From positions 76,224 to 140,223 of the forward strand of contig JAFIEZ010000003.1 of the NCBI GenBank assembly GCA_020832235.1: a stretch of 64,000 nucleotides of DNA, read 5' to 3'. This document shows, in pieces, positions 60,611 to 64,000 of the stretch. Numbering within the stretch: position 1 is the first letter of the stretch; every line of letters begins with the position of its first letter. Below the pieces are notes generated by a model. That model saw only the letters and a list, made by a program, of their open reading frames with translations. It did no database searches and was not told the DNA's origin. This stretch comes from Bacteroidota bacterium. GTDB lineage: Bacteria > Bacteroidota > Rhodothermia > Balneolales > HLUCCA01. Position numbers and translations under genes: made by a program.

Positions 60611-61225
60611 ATGAAAGAGTTTTGGAATGAGCGTTATAGTGCAGAAAAATATGTTTTTGGCACGAATCCTAACGCATATTTTAAGTCTAAGATAGACCAA
60701 CTGAAACCGGGTAAATTGCTGTTGCCGGCTGAAGGTGAAGGACGAAATGCTGTTTATGCAGCTAAAATAGGATGGAACGTGACTGCATTTGACATCAGCG
60801 AACAGGCAAAGGTTAAGGCAGAATTGCTCGCAAAGCGGAATGATGTTACAATAAAATACGAGGTAGGTAAAATTGAAAACCTCAGCTACTCTCAAGGTTA
60901 TTTTGATACCATAGGATTGATCTTTTTTCATTTATCACCCGAAAAAAGACTCGAAACCCACCGTAAGATTTGGTCACTACTTAAACCAGGTGGTACGCTC
61001 ATTTTCCAGGGGTATGATATTGAGCACGCTATCTATCGCGAAAAATACGGCTCAATAGGTGGGCCACACCATGAGAGTTTAATGTATACAGAGAGCGAAG
61101 TCGTAACATTTTTTGCGGATAGTCAGGTAATAGAATCCCATACAGCTGACACGGAACTATATGAGGGAGAGAGCCATACAGGGTTGAGCAGAGTAATTAA
61201 TATGACTTTACTAAAAGTGATTTAA
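60611..61225 (+). CDS. class I SAM-dependent methyltransferase
   Basis: 204 aa. LLLPAEGEGRNAVYAA motif-I variant and LKPGGTLIF. Starts 1 nt after the hydrolase stop. Confidence 0.7.
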   Translation: MKEFWNERYSAEKYVFGTNPNAYFKSKIDQLKPGKLLLPAEGEGRNAVYAAKIGWNVTAFDISEQAKVKAELLAKRNDVTIKYEVGKIENLSYSQGYFDTIGLIFFHLSPEKRLETHRKIWSLLKPGGTLIFQGYDIEHAIYREKYGSIGGPHHESLMYTESEVVTFFADSQVIESHTADTELYEGESHTGLSRVINMTLLKVI

Positions 61226-61297
61226 GTTTGGGAGACGAAAGCCCGATAACGCTCAAGTAATACACTGATTAATAGTAAGCTACACACGCCGTTTATT

Positions 61298-61864
61298 ATG
61301 AGTTACCATTTCACCTGGTTCGGGTTTTCCCTGATCATTGTGGTTCCTGTACTTATTATCTGGTTATTTGGGAGTACTAATTCTATAGTAAATAGGGAAA
61401 TAGATGCCACTGAATTACTCGACAACTCTGAAAATAACGTTGAAATCGTTTTCTTTGGGTTCGTTGGGTGCGAATCTGTTTGTCCCTCAGCACTATTGAG
61501 AATTGGTGAAGCTCTTGAACTCGCTAATAGCGAAGCGAAAGACTATAGAATAGGAGCATTATTTGCTGATATTAATTATCTACGGGAATTCGAATTAGCA
61601 CAACGTTACACGGCCGGGTTTTCTCAGGGCGGTTTTGAAATTAAAGGAATTCACCTGAATCGAGCACAGGTTCAACAGTTTTCTGACACATTTGGATTGC
61701 GAGTCGTTAATGAGGGTAAAACCTTACGGGATATTCAACATACCGACCACCTATTTGTTTTGCGAAAGGCTGGTCAGATGTGGGTTTTGGATACAATATT
61801 ACCTACTGCTACTCCCGCTGCTCAAATAAAAGACGCTGTAATTAGCGCAGGCTCCCGATTATAA
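61298..61864 (+). CDS. SCO1/SenC-family protein (thioredoxin fold, membrane anchored)
   Basis: 188 aa. N-terminal TM, FFGFVGCESVCP CxxxC motif and distal IQHTDHLFVL His region. Confidence 0.6.
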   Translation: MSYHFTWFGFSLIIVVPVLIIWLFGSTNSIVNREIDATELLDNSENNVEIVFFGFVGCESVCPSALLRIGEALELANSEAKDYRIGALFADINYLREFELAQRYTAGFSQGGFEIKGIHLNRAQVQQFSDTFGLRVVNEGKTLRDIQHTDHLFVLRKAGQMWVLDTILPTATPAAQIKDAVISAGSRL

Positions 61865-61895
61865 TGAACAACCAATAACATATAGGAAATAACGT

Positions 61896-63425
61896 ATGCA
61901 CGCCAACAATACGCTTTCTTCACTTTTTCCGGCATATATTGACACATTATCTGCCAGTGTTCAGAATTCCTTGCATGAGACATTTGCTGCAACCGACAGA
62001 TTTATGCTCAAACTGCTTGTCATGCATTGGGTAGCGGCGTCTACGGTTGCCGGTATTGCTTACAATACCTATCTGCTCGGTTTTATAGCTGGTGGTTTTG
62101 TGACCGGACTCGCATGGGCAGTATATCGATCGAACCCGGGGTCTCTGGCAAGCAGAATGACCATGGGTGCCGCTTTTATGGGGTACTCGCTGATTTATAT
62201 TCAGCAGCATATGGGCTTAATCGAAATACACTTCCATATTTTTGTAACCCTTGCATTTCTGATTCGCTACAAAGACATTGCTCCCGTATTGGCCGCAGCA
62301 TTAACTACGGCTGTACACCATGTTGTGTTTAATATCGCACAGGATGCCGAGGTTACCTTGGCTGGAATGCCACTAATGGTTTTTGCAGGTCGCTGCGGTT
62401 GGGATTTAGTCGCTATTCACGCCGGTTTCGTAGTCTTCGCAGTGATTGTTTTTTCCTCAATTATCCTCATGTTAACTAAAGAGTATATTCGCAACTCAGA
62501 AGTTTTCAATATTATCGACCAGTTGGCGGAATCTGCAGAATATACCGCCCAGGCAGCTGATTATATTTCAAAGTCAGGACAGGAGCTGGCTATGAATGCC
62601 TCTGAAAGTTCCAATAATCTGCATCGTTCAAGCGAAGCCATGCAAAATATGAGTACCCAACTCAAAGATTTGAGCGACAAAACGACTGAAGCCAGAGCTA
62701 AAGTCAGTAAAGTTGCTGGTGAAACGGTACGGATGGAAGATTCTATTGCTGCTTTACAACAATCTAGCCAGAATATCACCAGCATTATCAAAACCATCGA
62801 CACGATTGCCTCTCAGACAAATTTACTGGCTTTGAATGCAGCAGTTGAGGCTGCACGAGCCGGTGAAGCTGGAGCAGGCTTCGCAGTTGTTACCGAAGAG
62901 GTACGTATGCTGGCACAAAAGACAGCCGCCGCTGCCGCAGATATAAGCAATATGATTCAAGACAATATGAATAAAGCTAAACTGGGCAGTGAAATATCCT
63001 CCCAAATTGCTGGTCAGGTCAGAGAATTGGATGGCTGGATAGAAGAAGTACATACCGTAAGCTCCGGTCAACTTACCTACCTTAATGAACTTAAAAGCAT
63101 AAGCTCAGACCTCGAGCGCTCTACAGAAAGTACGGCTAGTAATGCTGATAAAAATGCCTCTACTGCTGAAGAACTGCAAGGACAGGTTCACTTGCTGCAA
63201 CAGGCTATAAATGATATTAATCGCATGGTCTCAGACGACGCTCCTGACTCCGCTACCACCAACTTCAATTATGAACGCCATAATGCCCCATCGAATTTAC
63301 CCAAACACACAAACGGTAATGGTAAAGCTCATTATCGTAACGATAATGGTAAAAGCGATGCAGAGATTTTAAACAAAAAGGCAAAAAAAACGGACCTTAA
63401 AGTTCACCAGAATCAGGCCAACTAA
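61896..63425 (+). CDS. methyl-accepting chemotaxis protein-type signalling protein with polytopic membrane N-terminal domain
   Basis: 509 aa. About 5-6 TM helices with several intramembrane His residues, then the canonical MCP hairpin tip [38 protein letters not shown]. No periplasmic ligand domain or obvious HAMP domain. Confidence 0.8.
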   Translation: MHANNTLSSLFPAYIDTLSASVQNSLHETFAATDRFMLKLLVMHWVAASTVAGIAYNTYLLGFIAGGFVTGLAWAVYRSNPGSLASRMTMGAAFMGYSLIYIQQHMGLIEIHFHIFVTLAFLIRYKDIAPVLAAALTTAVHHVVFNIAQDAEVTLAGMPLMVFAGRCGWDLVAIHAGFVVFAVIVFSSIILMLTKEYIRNSEVFNIIDQLAESAEYTAQAADYISKSGQELAMNASESSNNLHRSSEAMQNMSTQLKDLSDKTTEARAKVSKVAGETVRMEDSIAALQQSSQNITSIIKTIDTIASQTNLLALNAAVEAARAGEAGAGFAVVTEEVRMLAQKTAAAAADISNMIQDNMNKAKLGSEISSQIAGQVRELDGWIEEVHTVSSGQLTYLNELKSISSDLERSTESTASNADKNASTAEELQGQVHLLQQAINDINRMVSDDAPDSATTNFNYERHNAPSNLPKHTNGNGKAHYRNDNGKSDAEILNKKAKKTDLKVHQNQAN

Positions 63426-63485
63426 TTTGGCATAACTCGGCTTAGTTGATTTAGTTAATTAAGCGGAAAGCAGTATTTTGAGGCT

Positions 63486-63881
63486 ATGATTAATCTTTCT
63501 GAATCTCATTTACAGCGTTCCGGCTTAATGGCTATACTTGCATCCGCAATTATGGCACTATTAGGTTACCTTTTACCTGGCGATTCTCTTATTAATCCTG
63601 CATTCATTGTAGGAATTGCCTTTGTATTGGCCCTTTTTGGTTTATTTGCGGTTTTAAGGCCATACGTTCCGAAGAAATTGGCATTCATTGGCGCTGTAAC
63701 CAGCTACATAGCCATGGTAGCATCTGCAATAGTAGCACTAAACTATAATGATGAAGTAGTCGCCCTTGGTGGTTATGCCATTGGATTTATATCCTTTTTA
63801 GCAATACTTGCTAAATTATTCTTGCTTTTGGGGGTATCACACGTCATTTTCCCTGGTAAAGCAGATACTGAAGAGCAATAG
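63486..63881 (+). CDS. hypothetical small membrane protein (4 TM)
   Basis: 131-aa hydrophobic ORF. No family recognised. Confidence 0.45.
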   Translation: MINLSESHLQRSGLMAILASAIMALLGYLLPGDSLINPAFIVGIAFVLALFGLFAVLRPYVPKKLAFIGAVTSYIAMVASAIVALNYNDEVVALGGYAIGFISFLAILAKLFLLLGVSHVIFPGKADTEEQ

Positions 63882-64000
63882 ACAAACTCTTCTAGTTCCT
63901 TACAAGAGCTCAAGAGCGTGTAATAGATACACAAGATTTTGTGTATTGATATCAAACGAAATTCGGTGCTTTGGGGTTTTACATTTAATGAAACTGCCCG

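Overview
This is a 64-kb chromosomal window. Gene content and protein signatures suggest an FCB-group bacterium (Bacteroidota/Balneolota-like): lipoprotein signals, Y_Y_Y propeller histidine kinases, MacB/FtsX permease pairs and LuxE/LuxC-like genes. This taxonomic guess is inference only. All family calls come from motif and architecture recognition by eye; no searches were run.

Most of the window is ordinary core content:
- a PotABC-type importer and MacB-like permeases with an adaptor
- leuS, serS, dps, dusB, fbaB and rpsU
- GH13 and GH20 glycosidases
- an ABC-F ATPase
- a block of secondary transporters lying between two convergent paralogous 1114-aa sensor kinases

Three regions stand out:
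1. An AT-rich islet of about 5.3 kb (8301-13703) is bracketed by 59-bp direct repeats that match at 58 of 59 positions. It carries an AbiEi/AbiEii module, an unknown 125-aa gene and a repeat-domain surface-protein gene split by a single in-frame TGA. At its right border are three tandem 24-bp repeats, a decayed fragment of the 125-aa gene and a degraded RelE/ParE-type TA module.
2. A tightly coupled gene string (54579-61225) encodes an Mre11/SbcD-like phosphoesterase and a 1154-aa Rad50/SMC-like ATPase. The ATPase has a two-helix membrane hairpin inside its coiled coil and an unassigned C-terminal extension. A secreted beta-lactamase-fold hydrolase and a SAM methyltransferase follow.
3. An SCO-like protein sits next to an MCP-type signalling protein whose sensor is a His-rich polytopic membrane domain (61298-63425).

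I found no rRNA, tRNA or CRISPR array, and no integrase or transposase.
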